Both the position numbers and the translations under genes were made by a program. Shown here piece after piece: positions 36,504 through 45,871 of a stretch of DNA of 64,000 nt. The stretch's first letter is position 1. Every line of letters begins with the position of its first letter. This DNA comes from a virus, in the IMG/VR virus record IMGVR_UViG_3300015171_000001, positions 1 through 64,000 of that record; one strand, given 5' to 3'. Below the pieces are notes generated by a model. The model was not told where the DNA came from. It did no database searches and saw nothing but the letters and a program-made list of their open reading frames with translations.

Positions 36504-37475
36504 ATGAATCAAAACAAATTTTTTATATATATTGTACTTTTTAGTGCTTTATTTATAGCATCTTGTGCGGCATTCTTTTCAATAAGAGGAATGGTTTTAT
36601 TATTTGCTAGTGCATATGTGGGAATTATGGGGAGTTCTCTTGAACTGGGTAAGGTGGTAACAATATCATTTTTATATAGATATTGGAATAAAATAAATAA
36701 TTTACTCAAAGTATATTTGTTTGTGGCGGTGTTATTCTTGATGGGTATAACATCATTGGGAATTTTTGGATTTATGTCCAGCTTATTTAGTACAAGTGCT
36801 GATAGTTTTGGGATATATACTCAAAAAATTGAATTAGTTCAGAATCAAAAGAATTATCTTGATATAGAATTAAAACAAAAACAAAAAAGAATAGATGATC
36901 TAAATAATATAAGAAACGAGCAAGAAAAAAGAATATCTTCTATTACGAATAATGCGACAAATAATAATTTAACAAGTATTCGTAAATTACAAGAACAAAA
37001 TATTCAAGAAGGAACTAATACAGAAACTCAAATTAAACAAATAAATTCAGAGGTAGATGTAATAAACAATAAAGAAATAGATTTAGATACTCAAATAGCA
37101 AAATTAAAATCAGATTCTACAAATACTAAAGATATTCAGACATTCAAATTTATAGCCGACGCCTTTAATATTCCACTAAATACAGCAGTAAAGTGGTTTA
37201 TTATTTTAATTATAATTGTGTTTGATCCATTAGCCGCAGGATTAATATTAGCATATAATATTGCATCTTTTGGAAAAATTAATAGAGATTTGGAAACTAA
37301 TGAAATAAATTCGACACAAAAAATAACTAATACATCACCTAATATTCAAGAAACAATAATTCCCAAAATTATTAAAGAAGCCCCGATTCCAGAAGAAAGA
37401 AATAATTTTTTAGAAGATTTGAAACAAGTCGAACAAATTATTGACGAGACAAATAAAAAAAAAGTAGTGAAATAA
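36504..37475 (+). CDS. Multi-pass membrane protein with coiled coil; possible -1 frameshift extension to 37669
   Basis: Three N-terminal hydrophobic helices (LELGKVV motif), a coiled coil and a C-terminal TM (IIVFDPLA); A9 run just before the stop. Confidence 0.8.
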   Translation: MNQNKFFIYIVLFSALFIASCAAFFSIRGMVLLFASAYVGIMGSSLELGKVVTISFLYRYWNKINNLLKVYLFVAVLFLMGITSLGIFGFMSSLFSTSADSFGIYTQKIELVQNQKNYLDIELKQKQKRIDDLNNIRNEQEKRISSITNNATNNNLTSIRKLQEQNIQEGTNTETQIKQINSEVDVINNKEIDLDTQIAKLKSDSTNTKDIQTFKFIADAFNIPLNTAVKWFIILIIIVFDPLAAGLILAYNIASFGKINRDLETNEINSTQKITNTSPNIQETIIPKIIKEAPIPEERNNFLEDLKQVEQIIDETNKKKVVK

Positions 37476-37738
37476 TAGAAGAAATTCCTAAGTATGCCTT
37501 GACTGCTTCTATGATCAATAACATTATAGTAGAAAATGTTTATGGGGAAACTCCTAACTATGTTGATAATAAAAAAGTTATATTGAATGATTATGATCAA
37601 TCTCAAATAGAACTGGATAAAAAAAGAGGAAATCTCAGACCTTATGAACAGTGGAATGCTGGTCGATAAAAATATTTAATACACAAAAATGTTTAATATA
37701 ATTTTTTTTTAATATGTAACTAATATATTATTACTACA

Positions 37739-38368
37739 ATGGAATATAAATTAGTATCAAAAACAAAGTTGATTAGAACAAATACTCAAGTTCTAAATGA
37801 AGAAGAAGGAAAACAAATAACCTCTAAATTATTAGAAGCATTAACACAATTTCACGAAAACAAAATACCTTTATTAGCACTATCTGCTCCAATGATTGGA
37901 ATTTGTAAGAGAGTTATTGTCACAATGTGCAACGGCTCAGAACCTAAAGTTTTTATAAATCCAGAAATTATAGAAAAAAGTCAAGATTTGGTTTTTTATG
38001 TTGAGCATAATCCATGTGTATCTTCTAAACATTATAAAACTATTAGAAGTAGATCAATTACAGTAAAAGATTCTTCAACAAATTATGTTAGAATATTTTC
38101 TAATGAAGTGGAATTAAAAGAAGAAAAAATGTATTCTGATCTTGGATTGAGAGAGTGTGTTTTATTACAGGAACAAATTGAATTATTAAATAATGTATTA
38201 CTATGTAATAATTCCGACATTAAAGTAAATAAATTTGTTAAAAAAGAACCTATTCAAAAATATGGTAGGAATGATAAGGTTTATATAGAAAAGGATGGGG
38301 AATCTCAATTTATAAAATATAAACTCGCAATAGAGTTAATTAATAAAGAAAATTGGAAATTAATTTGA
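37739..38368 (+). CDS. Peptide deformylase homologue, predicted inactive
   Basis: ALSAPMIG, FINPEI and YVEHNPCVS are present; HExxH is replaced by EQIEL; C-terminal KYGRND. Confidence 0.75.
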   Translation: MEYKLVSKTKLIRTNTQVLNEEEGKQITSKLLEALTQFHENKIPLLALSAPMIGICKRVIVTMCNGSEPKVFINPEIIEKSQDLVFYVEHNPCVSSKHYKTIRSRSITVKDSSTNYVRIFSNEVELKEEKMYSDLGLRECVLLQEQIELLNNVLLCNNSDIKVNKFVKKEPIQKYGRNDKVYIEKDGESQFIKYKLAIELINKENWKLI

Positions 38369-38401
38369 TTTTTCATTAAATTTTTTTATATATAGATAAT
38401 T

Positions 38402-38551
38402 ATGACGAAAAAGACTATCAAGGAATTAATTAATATTATTGAATACTGTTTAGAGAAAAACAAAGTATCTAATTTAGAAGAAGCATTAGAAATTTTATAT
38501 GACGCTTTAGAAGAGTGTGATTATGGATCTGATGATTATGAAGATCAGTAA
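38402..38551 (+). CDS. Small acidic protein (49 aa)
   Basis: MTKKTIKELINIIEYCLE...DDYEDQ*; fills the gap. Confidence 0.55.
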   Translation: MTKKTIKELINIIEYCLEKNKVSNLEEALEILYDALEECDYGSDDYEDQ

Positions 38552-38554
38552 TAT

Positions 38555-38827
38555 ATGACAATTTATATTTTATTTGCAGTTTCCATTATTATTAACATAC
38601 TACTAATATATGGGATTATAAATTTATATAAAAAACTAAATAATTGTGAAGAATTAGTAGACTATAATGAAAAATGGTCACAATATTTCATATTAGAAAT
38701 TGAAAAACTTTATAATTCATTAAAGTTAATAGACGACAAAAATCTTTTTGAAAAAGATGATGAAGTTGGTTTTATCTTCTCAGAAATCTTAAAGATTACT
38801 GAAGAATTCAAAGAAAAAATCAAATAA
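38555..38827 (+). CDS. Membrane-anchored coiled-coil protein
   Basis: N-terminal hydrophobic helix; FEKDDEVGFIF motif. Confidence 0.7.
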   Translation: MTIYILFAVSIIINILLIYGIINLYKKLNNCEELVDYNEKWSQYFILEIEKLYNSLKLIDDKNLFEKDDEVGFIFSEILKITEEFKEKIK

Positions 38828-38839
38828 AAATAAGTAAAA

Positions 38840-39646
38840 ATGTCCAAAGGATATAGAGTACCATCAGAAAACGTGTCTTCAGAAAAAATGTATTTTAAAG
38901 AAGAAAATCAAATAGCAATTCTAGAATATATTAAAGAACAGGATATTAAAGTTAGAGAACATTTATATGAAAACAAAATAAAAAGACCTTTTGAAAAATT
39001 GGCGGAGAATGTTTTTAATACATTTAAATTTCAATATTTTGAGGTAGGTCCTCTTGATGCTCAGCGCGAATGCATCACACATTTGATGGAAAATATTCAT
39101 AAATTTACTGAATTTAAAAATGATGACGAAAAATATCAATTTGATGAAGATCTTAAATTATATTGCATAGATCCAAAAACAAAACAAAGAACTAAAAATC
39201 AAGCATTTTCATATTTTTCAGTAGTTGCAAAACATTTTTATATTGGTAGAAATAATAATAATTACAAAAACAATCAGCGACATGTGGATTTTAATGATTG
39301 CCCAATGAATCAAAAAGAATTTGTTGTTGATTCTGAGAATTCTTCTAAAAAAACTTATTTAAAAGAATTTATTCCATTGATGATTAATTTCTGGGAAAAA
39401 AATATTAATAATTTATTCTCAAAAGAGAGAGATATTATTATTGCTAATTCAATTATTCACTTATTTAGAAGAACCGCTCATATAGAAGAATTTAATAAAA
39501 AAGCAATTTATTTATATATTAGAGAAATGACAAATTGTAAAACCCAACATATTACTAAAGTTGTTAATAAAATGATGAGTTGCCAGAAAAACTTATCTAG
39601 AGAATTTAAGAATACTGGACTTGTTACTCAAGAAATGTCCAATTAA
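38840..39646 (+). CDS. Putative phage sigma factor (T4 gp55-like, late transcription)
   Basis: MYF...AILEY; FEKLAENVFNTFKF; AFSYFSVVAKHFYI resembles sigma region 2 (gp55 PFAYFTQI); C-terminal helical/HTH-like segment. Confidence 0.6.
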   Translation: MSKGYRVPSENVSSEKMYFKEENQIAILEYIKEQDIKVREHLYENKIKRPFEKLAENVFNTFKFQYFEVGPLDAQRECITHLMENIHKFTEFKNDDEKYQFDEDLKLYCIDPKTKQRTKNQAFSYFSVVAKHFYIGRNNNNYKNNQRHVDFNDCPMNQKEFVVDSENSSKKTYLKEFIPLMINFWEKNINNLFSKERDIIIANSIIHLFRRTAHIEEFNKKAIYLYIREMTNCKTQHITKVVNKMMSCQKNLSREFKNTGLVTQEMSN

Positions 39647-39670
39647 ATAAGTTTTAAACTATTTATATCT

Positions 39671-40081
39671 ATGGATTTAAAAGAAATAGAGATATTTGGT
39701 GGAAAAAATGCTTCTCAATTGGCCGAAGAGATTTACAGAAATTCTTTGGACAAAAGAAATCAAATAGATGTTATAATTTCCGAGTTACGAAGTCTAGTAA
39801 AAGGACTAAATGACGCTGTAATGATTGTACCATTAATAAAAGATCAACTAGATGTTGGTGTTAAAAATGATGAACAATTATTAAAATTATTTGCTATTAT
39901 TCAAAGAATAAATGCTAATAATGAAAATGCTAATTCATCTGATGGTGGCGGAATGTTAATAAGTGATGAAGAAAAAGCAGCTATTATGAAAGAAATAGAA
40001 GAGTCTCAAAAAATCAATAAGAAAATTGATAAGAAAATTCAAGAAGGGGAATCAAGTGTCTTACATAAAAGTAAACAATAA
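39671..40081 (+). CDS. Conserved hypothetical phage protein
   Basis: 136-aa helical ORF; TATTTAT-4-ATG. Confidence 0.75.
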   Translation: MDLKEIEIFGGKNASQLAEEIYRNSLDKRNQIDVIISELRSLVKGLNDAVMIVPLIKDQLDVGVKNDEQLLKLFAIIQRINANNENANSSDGGGMLISDEEKAAIMKEIEESQKINKKIDKKIQEGESSVLHKSKQ

Positions 40082-41441
40082 ATGTCAACCAATTAAAAGA
40101 CAAACTGGTGGTTTACTAGATAGATCCTATAAATCTACCGAAGCCGATTCTAATTTTTATGAGTTGGAACCTGCTATTGTTATAGACATTATTTTAGACA
40201 GTCACCATCCAGCTTTCACGCAAACAATTTATGATATTAATGATTTTCCATTAAGATCTGATGGAACATCACACACCACAAACGACCCAGATTATTCTTG
40301 GATAGGTAAAGCGAAGATTAGATTATTTTATAGTGATCAAGGAAAAGAAGTTTCTAAAATGGTGTGGGCAACTCCATTAGAAAACAATATTAAAGAATAT
40401 CCTTTAATTAATGAAGTAGTTATTGTTGCAAAATATTTTGAAAAATATTATTATACAAGAAAACTAAATTTCAAAAATACAATTAATTCCAATGCAGATT
40501 TTCTTTTTGAAAAAAGAGCAAGTTTAAATAATACTTCTGCTGGTGTTGGAAAAGGAGTCTCTAGTCAAATAAATGTTAATCCAATTTCAACAAATTCTAA
40601 TGGAGTTTTAGGAAAATATTTTCAATTTAATAATAAAATAAGACCATTACAATCTTATGAGGGCGATTCTATAATAGAAAGTAGATTTGGATCTTCCATT
40701 AGATTTGGTGCATATATTGACAATCCAAGCATTGATTCCGATTTTGGAAATCCCTCTATATTGATTAGAAATGTTCAACGACCATTAGTAGGAAATGAAA
40801 CAATAATTAATACGCCATTAACAGAAGATGTAAATAAAGATGGATCTTCCATTCAAATTACTTCTGGAAAAAGTATAAGTAATTGGATAACAACTGTTGG
40901 AATGTCTACATCATTTACAAAATTGAATAGTAGTGATTTAACTAATAACCAGATTATTATTAATACAGACAGATTAATATTATCCTCTAGAGAAAACGAA
41001 ATATTTAACTTTTCTAAAAAAAGATATGCTATCGTAACTGATGATGAATTTACGGTAGATTCTAATAAAGGAATGACTCATTATACTAACGAAACTTTTG
41101 ATTTGTTTGCAAAAAAAACAATAACAATCAATTCAAATGAGGAAACAATAATAAATTCAAATCAAATATATTTAGGAGACACAAATAAAACACAGCCTGC
41201 TATATTAGGAAACAATTGTATAGATATATTGAATGAATTAATAAATTGGTTAAAAATGCATACGCATTGGTATAAACATTCCCATAAAAATGCTGGTGAA
41301 GCAGAGCCAGATGTGACACAGCAACCAGTTGAACTACAGCAATTAATAGAAATTCAATCAAAATTAACATCTATGTTAAGTGACCGCGTATTTATTGTAG
41401 ATAAAAATTTATTACCACAAGTGTATGTACAAGATAGATAA
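40056..41441 (+). CDS. Baseplate hub/central spike protein (gp5/gpV-like)
   Basis: OB-fold-like N-terminus (YPLINEVV), EGDSIIESRFGSSIRF, beta-helix-like repeats and C-terminal HTHWYKHSH metal-binding tip; just upstream of gp25. GTG 40056 preferred; start uncertain. Confidence 0.65.
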   Translation: MSYIKVNNKCQPIKRQTGGLLDRSYKSTEADSNFYELEPAIVIDIILDSHHPAFTQTIYDINDFPLRSDGTSHTTNDPDYSWIGKAKIRLFYSDQGKEVSKMVWATPLENNIKEYPLINEVVIVAKYFEKYYYTRKLNFKNTINSNADFLFEKRASLNNTSAGVGKGVSSQINVNPISTNSNGVLGKYFQFNNKIRPLQSYEGDSIIESRFGSSIRFGAYIDNPSIDSDFGNPSILIRNVQRPLVGNETIINTPLTEDVNKDGSSIQITSGKSISNWITTVGMSTSFTKLNSSDLTNNQIIINTDRLILSSRENEIFNFSKKRYAIVTDDEFTVDSNKGMTHYTNETFDLFAKKTITINSNEETIINSNQIYLGDTNKTQPAILGNNCIDILNELINWLKMHTHWYKHSHKNAGEAEPDVTQQPVELQQLIEIQSKLTSMLSDRVFIVDKNLLPQVYVQDR

Positions 41442-41444
41442 AAT

Positions 41445-41852
41445 ATGAAAATAGAAGAATTAAAAATTATAATCGAGGAATGTGTTAGAAAAGTTATTAA
41501 GGAAGAACTATCAAATAAAGGTATTTTAGCGGAAACAAAAAAATCACCAATTTCTCCTATTAATAAAATTATTCCAAAAGAAAAACTTTTGGGATTGTCG
41601 GGATTGCCTATTAACAAAATAAAATTAAAAACAGGAAATGTTTTATTAGACAACGTATTGGCAGAAACTACTGGAGGAATTCCACAACAAGATGGGTCAT
41701 CTGTGATGCAGATGCTTCCTATGCAATCAATGTTAAATGAATCTAATGAATCTGAAATAAAGGAAAATGCTCCAGAAGTATACAAAGCAATGACAAGAGA
41801 TTACTCATCTATGTTGAAAAAGATGGAACAAATAAAGCCTTCTAAAAAATAA
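41445..41852 (+). CDS. Hypothetical virion-associated protein
   Basis: N-terminal MKIEELKIIIEECVRKVIKEE motif shared with 63248 and 63849. Confidence 0.7.
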   Translation: MKIEELKIIIEECVRKVIKEELSNKGILAETKKSPISPINKIIPKEKLLGLSGLPINKIKLKTGNVLLDNVLAETTGGIPQQDGSSVMQMLPMQSMLNESNESEIKENAPEVYKAMTRDYSSMLKKMEQIKPSKK

Positions 41853-41896
41853 ATTGATAACTTGATTGAGATTAGGATATTTTTATATTTATATAG

Positions 41897-42289
41897 ATGC
41901 TGCCTCAAAATCAAATACCAATTGGAATAATTTTTCCTATAAGATTAGGTAATAGTGGATATTTTGAACAATCATTTGATACAATAACTCAAATTACAAC
42001 AAATTTAATTAATTTTTTTTCTACTAAAAAAGGAGAACGTCCATTAAATCCAGAATTTGGGACAGATTTATTTTCTAATTTAATGGAAGAAGATACAGAT
42101 TCTTTAAAAATAATAGCTCAAAATATAATACAATCTGAACTGAGTTTATATTTTTCAACATTACAATTTGTTTCTGCAACTATAAGCAATGTATCTGATT
42201 CAGATAGAAATGTTCAACGCATATCGATTACTGTGCAAGAAACATTGAGTACAGAATTTATAAACATAGAGGTGATTTCAAATATATGA
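41897..42289 (+). CDS. Baseplate wedge protein gp25/GPW-like
   Basis: NLINFFSTKKGERPLNPEFGTDL. Confidence 0.88.
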   Translation: MLPQNQIPIGIIFPIRLGNSGYFEQSFDTITQITTNLINFFSTKKGERPLNPEFGTDLFSNLMEEDTDSLKIIAQNIIQSELSLYFSTLQFVSATISNVSDSDRNVQRISITVQETLSTEFINIEVISNI

Positions 42290-44190
42290 TAACATCCACA
42301 AACAAATCTTTTACGCCAAATTCAAAGAATGTTAGTTATCTTAATAAAGATTTTGATTCTCTGAAAAATGCGTTAATTACATTTGCACAAACATATTATC
42401 CAAATACATATAAGGATTTTAATTCCGCTTCTCCAGGAATGATGTTTATTGAATTGGCGGCGTATGTGGGTGATGTATTGTCATTTTATATTGATTATCA
42501 GTTTAAAGAATCTCTGATGGAATATGCGGAGGAAAGAAAAAATTTAATAACACTTGCTAGATTTTTAGGTTATAAAACAAAAGTCACATCTCCATCCGTT
42601 ACAACATTAGATGTTTTTCAAGTTATACCAGCATTACAAAACGATGATGGAACATACAGTCCAGATTATAAATACGCATTATCCATTCAAGAGGGGATGT
42701 CAGTAAAAGGATCTTCTGGAATATCTTTTAGAACTTTATCATCAATTGATTTTTCTATAAATACAAATACAGATCCTACAGAAATTTCTATATATAATAG
42801 AGATCAATCAGGAAATCCTCAATTATTTTTATTAAAAAAATCTGTTGGGGCAACATCAGGAACGATTGTTACAAGAAATTATAACATTGGAGATTCTCAA
42901 CAATTTTATAGAATCAATTTACCAGAGAATAATATTATAGAAATAACTGGTGTTGTGGATAGCAATAATAATAATTGGTACGAAGTTGATTGTTTGGCAC
43001 AAGAATTAGTTTTTGAAAGTATTCCAAATAATGAAATTTATCAGACCACATTTTCTACATATAAAAACACAGTTCCATATATTATAAGTGCATTAAAAAC
43101 ATCTAATAGATTTATTACTGGTGTGTATGATGACAACACAACATATTTGGAATTTGGTGCTGGAACAAATACATCTGCTGATGAGTTAATAATTCCTAGT
43201 ATAAATACTGTAGGAAAGGGATTGACACAACAAATAAGAGACAATGTTTCTTATGATCCTTCTAATTTTCTAAAAACAAAAACTTATGGTGCTGCTCCAT
43301 CAAATACAACATTAACAATAACATATGTAATTGGAGGTGGTATTGAGTCAAATATTAATACGGGAGACTTAAATTCCGTAACAAATATAACATATCTAAA
43401 TGATATAAATGATTTTTCTTCAAACGAGCAACAATTAGTTAATGTTGTTAGAAATTCGTTATCTATAATAAATTCAAGTCCTGCTGTTGGTGGTGCTGGT
43501 CCAGAAACAACTGATGAAATTAGACAAAATGGACTAGGTAATTTCTTTTCACAAAATAGAATAGTTACAAAAGACGATTATATTATTAGAATTTATGGTA
43601 TGCCTCAAAAATTTGGAGCCATTGCAAAAACATATCTTATTCAAGATCAATCTATTGATATGAATAATGTATTATATAAAGAGAATAATAATCAATTTGC
43701 TATAAATCTATACACTCTTTGTTATGATAATAACAAAAATTTAACACAACCAAATGATGCTGTTCTATATAATTTAAAAAATTATTTGGATAGATATAGA
43801 ATGATAACAGATTCAATAAACATTTACTCAGGATTTATAATTAATATTGGAGTAAAATTTCAAATATTAACTTATAAAAACTATAATAAACAACAAGTTT
43901 TGTCAAATTGCATAGTTGCTGTTCAAAATTTCTTTAATATTGATTTGTGGAATTTCAATGATGTTATAAATTTAAACAGTTTGCAATTGGAAATAGCTAA
44001 AGTAGCTGGTGTTCAAAGCGTTTCTAATTTACAAATATACAACCTAACATCAAATGATGGTGATGGATACTCTTCAAATGCATATGATTTTAATAAAGCT
44101 ACTGTGGATAATATAGTATATCCTTCTTTAGATCCTTGCATTTTTGAATTAAAATATCCCAACACAGACATTATTGGAAGCGCAAATTAA
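42286..44190 (+). CDS. Baseplate wedge subunit (T4 gp6/baseplate J-like)
   Basis: KDFDSLK..L, DFNSASPGMMFIELAAYVGDVLSFY, FGAG, GGAGPETTDEIR, QNRIVTKDDY. Confidence 0.88.
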   Translation: MITSTNKSFTPNSKNVSYLNKDFDSLKNALITFAQTYYPNTYKDFNSASPGMMFIELAAYVGDVLSFYIDYQFKESLMEYAEERKNLITLARFLGYKTKVTSPSVTTLDVFQVIPALQNDDGTYSPDYKYALSIQEGMSVKGSSGISFRTLSSIDFSINTNTDPTEISIYNRDQSGNPQLFLLKKSVGATSGTIVTRNYNIGDSQQFYRINLPENNIIEITGVVDSNNNNWYEVDCLAQELVFESIPNNEIYQTTFSTYKNTVPYIISALKTSNRFITGVYDDNTTYLEFGAGTNTSADELIIPSINTVGKGLTQQIRDNVSYDPSNFLKTKTYGAAPSNTTLTITYVIGGGIESNINTGDLNSVTNITYLNDINDFSSNEQQLVNVVRNSLSIINSSPAVGGAGPETTDEIRQNGLGNFFSQNRIVTKDDYIIRIYGMPQKFGAIAKTYLIQDQSIDMNNVLYKENNNQFAINLYTLCYDNNKNLTQPNDAVLYNLKNYLDRYRMITDSINIYSGFIINIGVKFQILTYKNYNKQQVLSNCIVAVQNFFNIDLWNFNDVINLNSLQLEIAKVAGVQSVSNLQIYNLTSNDGDGYSSNAYDFNKATVDNIVYPSLDPCIFELKYPNTDIIGSAN

Positions 44191-44210
44191 TTTGACACAT
44201 ATTTATTTGC

Positions 44211-45371
44211 ATGGCAGTTATTAGACTTTTTCCAACACAAGATACATATATTACAAATAATACCTTATTATTAAATAATAATTTTGGTATAGATGAGGTA
44301 TTGTTATTACAAAAGTCTTCAATATTCAATCCTAGACAATATAGATTGTCTCAAACACAATCTTTTCAAGAAGAAGTTGATTCTCGAATTTTAATACAAT
44401 TTGATTTAAATAAAGTTTCATCTCAAGTTTCGGGAGGAGTTATTCAAAATCCAAAATGTTTTTTAAATCTAAAAACATTAAATGCAGTTGAACTTCCTTT
44501 AAATTATAATATCGATATATTTCCCGTCTCACAGAGTTGGAATATGGGGACGGGGAGAAGTGCTGTAAATGTACAAAACGGAGCAAGTTGGAAGTATAAA
44601 GACAATTATAGCGGGTCCTATTGGATAAGTGGATCACAACCATTTGATAAATCTGGCGGCGGAACTTATTATGTCGGAAGTGTTTTCAATCACTTAAATA
44701 TTAACACATCTTCATTTTTATATAATTTTTGCAATTATTCATCTTCATTACAAATATCTCAATCTTTTTCATATCAAGATTCTGATATTAATGTTGATGT
44801 GACTGATATAGTTAGAAGTTGGGTGTGTGGACAAATTCCAAATAATGGATTTCTCATAACATATCCAACCGCAAGTGATGGTATAGATTATGGATCATTA
44901 CAATTTTATTCTAAAGACACAAACACAATATATTCTCCTTATTTAGAAATAAAGTGGGATGATTCTATTTATAATACAGGATCTTTAAATTCAGCCTCTT
45001 TAAATAAAGTAGTTTATGCCAATAATTTAGGAAAACAATATAAACAAAACTCTTATTCAAGAATAAACGTATTTGCAAGAGAATTATATCCATTAAAAAC
45101 ATTTAATAAATTTTTCTTTGGATATATTGATTTAACATATTTACCAAAAACCAGTTATTATTCTATTTTAGATGCTGAGAGCAGAGAAATTATTATTGAT
45201 TTTGATGATAATTTTACAAAAATAAGTTGTGATTCGTGTGGAAATTATTTTATGTTAAATATGTGTGGACTTCCTCAAGAAAGATTTTTCAAAATATCAT
45301 TTAAAATTATAGAATCTGATGGAAGTATAAATTTTTATGAAGATCCAAATTATTTTAAAGTCGTTAGATAA
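44211..45371 (+). CDS. DNRLRE-domain virion protein
   Basis: PTQDTYI, SRILIQFDL, VDVTDIVRSW, PNNGFLI, FYSKDT...PYLEIKW. Confidence 0.7.
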   Translation: MAVIRLFPTQDTYITNNTLLLNNNFGIDEVLLLQKSSIFNPRQYRLSQTQSFQEEVDSRILIQFDLNKVSSQVSGGVIQNPKCFLNLKTLNAVELPLNYNIDIFPVSQSWNMGTGRSAVNVQNGASWKYKDNYSGSYWISGSQPFDKSGGGTYYVGSVFNHLNINTSSFLYNFCNYSSSLQISQSFSYQDSDINVDVTDIVRSWVCGQIPNNGFLITYPTASDGIDYGSLQFYSKDTNTIYSPYLEIKWDDSIYNTGSLNSASLNKVVYANNLGKQYKQNSYSRINVFARELYPLKTFNKFFFGYIDLTYLPKTSYYSILDAESREIIIDFDDNFTKISCDSCGNYFMLNMCGLPQERFFKISFKIIESDGSINFYEDPNYFKVVR

Positions 45372-45871
45372 TGAAAAATTTTACAGATTATTTACAAGTT
45401 TTTGACAGTATAGAACTTCAAAATATTTTATCGAGTGGTTCTAGTGGATCTTATTTTACACCAGTGACAAATTCATTAGGTAAGATTTTATTAAATTATT
45501 CTCAATCTAGTGTCACGGGAAGTTGTATTTTTATTCCATTAATAAATTATACATACGATGAAACAAAAGCAATGTCTTTATATGGAATAACATCGAGTAT
45601 AACAAATATAACCTCGCAATCTATAAATAGTTCATCTGTAAGTACATCTGTAGATTTTAGATCTCTTTATTTACAAACATTAAATCAAAAAACAAATTTG
45701 GAAACTCAATTAAACACAATTGTCAGTCAAAGTATTGACACGAGTGCTTTGTCAGATGTGTCGGCAGCAAAATCAGTAATTGAGAATCTTAGAATACAAT
45801 TAAGTCAGGGTGTTTCTTCTTCAGATTTTTCTGATATATTTCCTTATTTACCAATCACGAATAATAGATAA
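45371..45871 (+). CDS. Hypothetical structural protein
   Basis: TAATG-coupled within the baseplate operon; Ser-rich. Confidence 0.7.
   Translation: MKNFTDYLQVFDSIELQNILSSGSSGSYFTPVTNSLGKILLNYSQSSVTGSCIFIPLINYTYDETKAMSLYGITSSITNITSQSINSSSVSTSVDFRSLYLQTLNQKTNLETQLNTIVSQSIDTSALSDVSAAKSVIENLRIQLSQGVSSSDFSDIFPYLPITNNR

Noticed and set aside
15690-38400. A separate TATATAT middle-promoter class (before 15710, 25434, 38402 and the hsp20 leader)
   Set aside because: Cannot be distinguished by eye from AT-rich background or from variants of the TAnTTAT motif.
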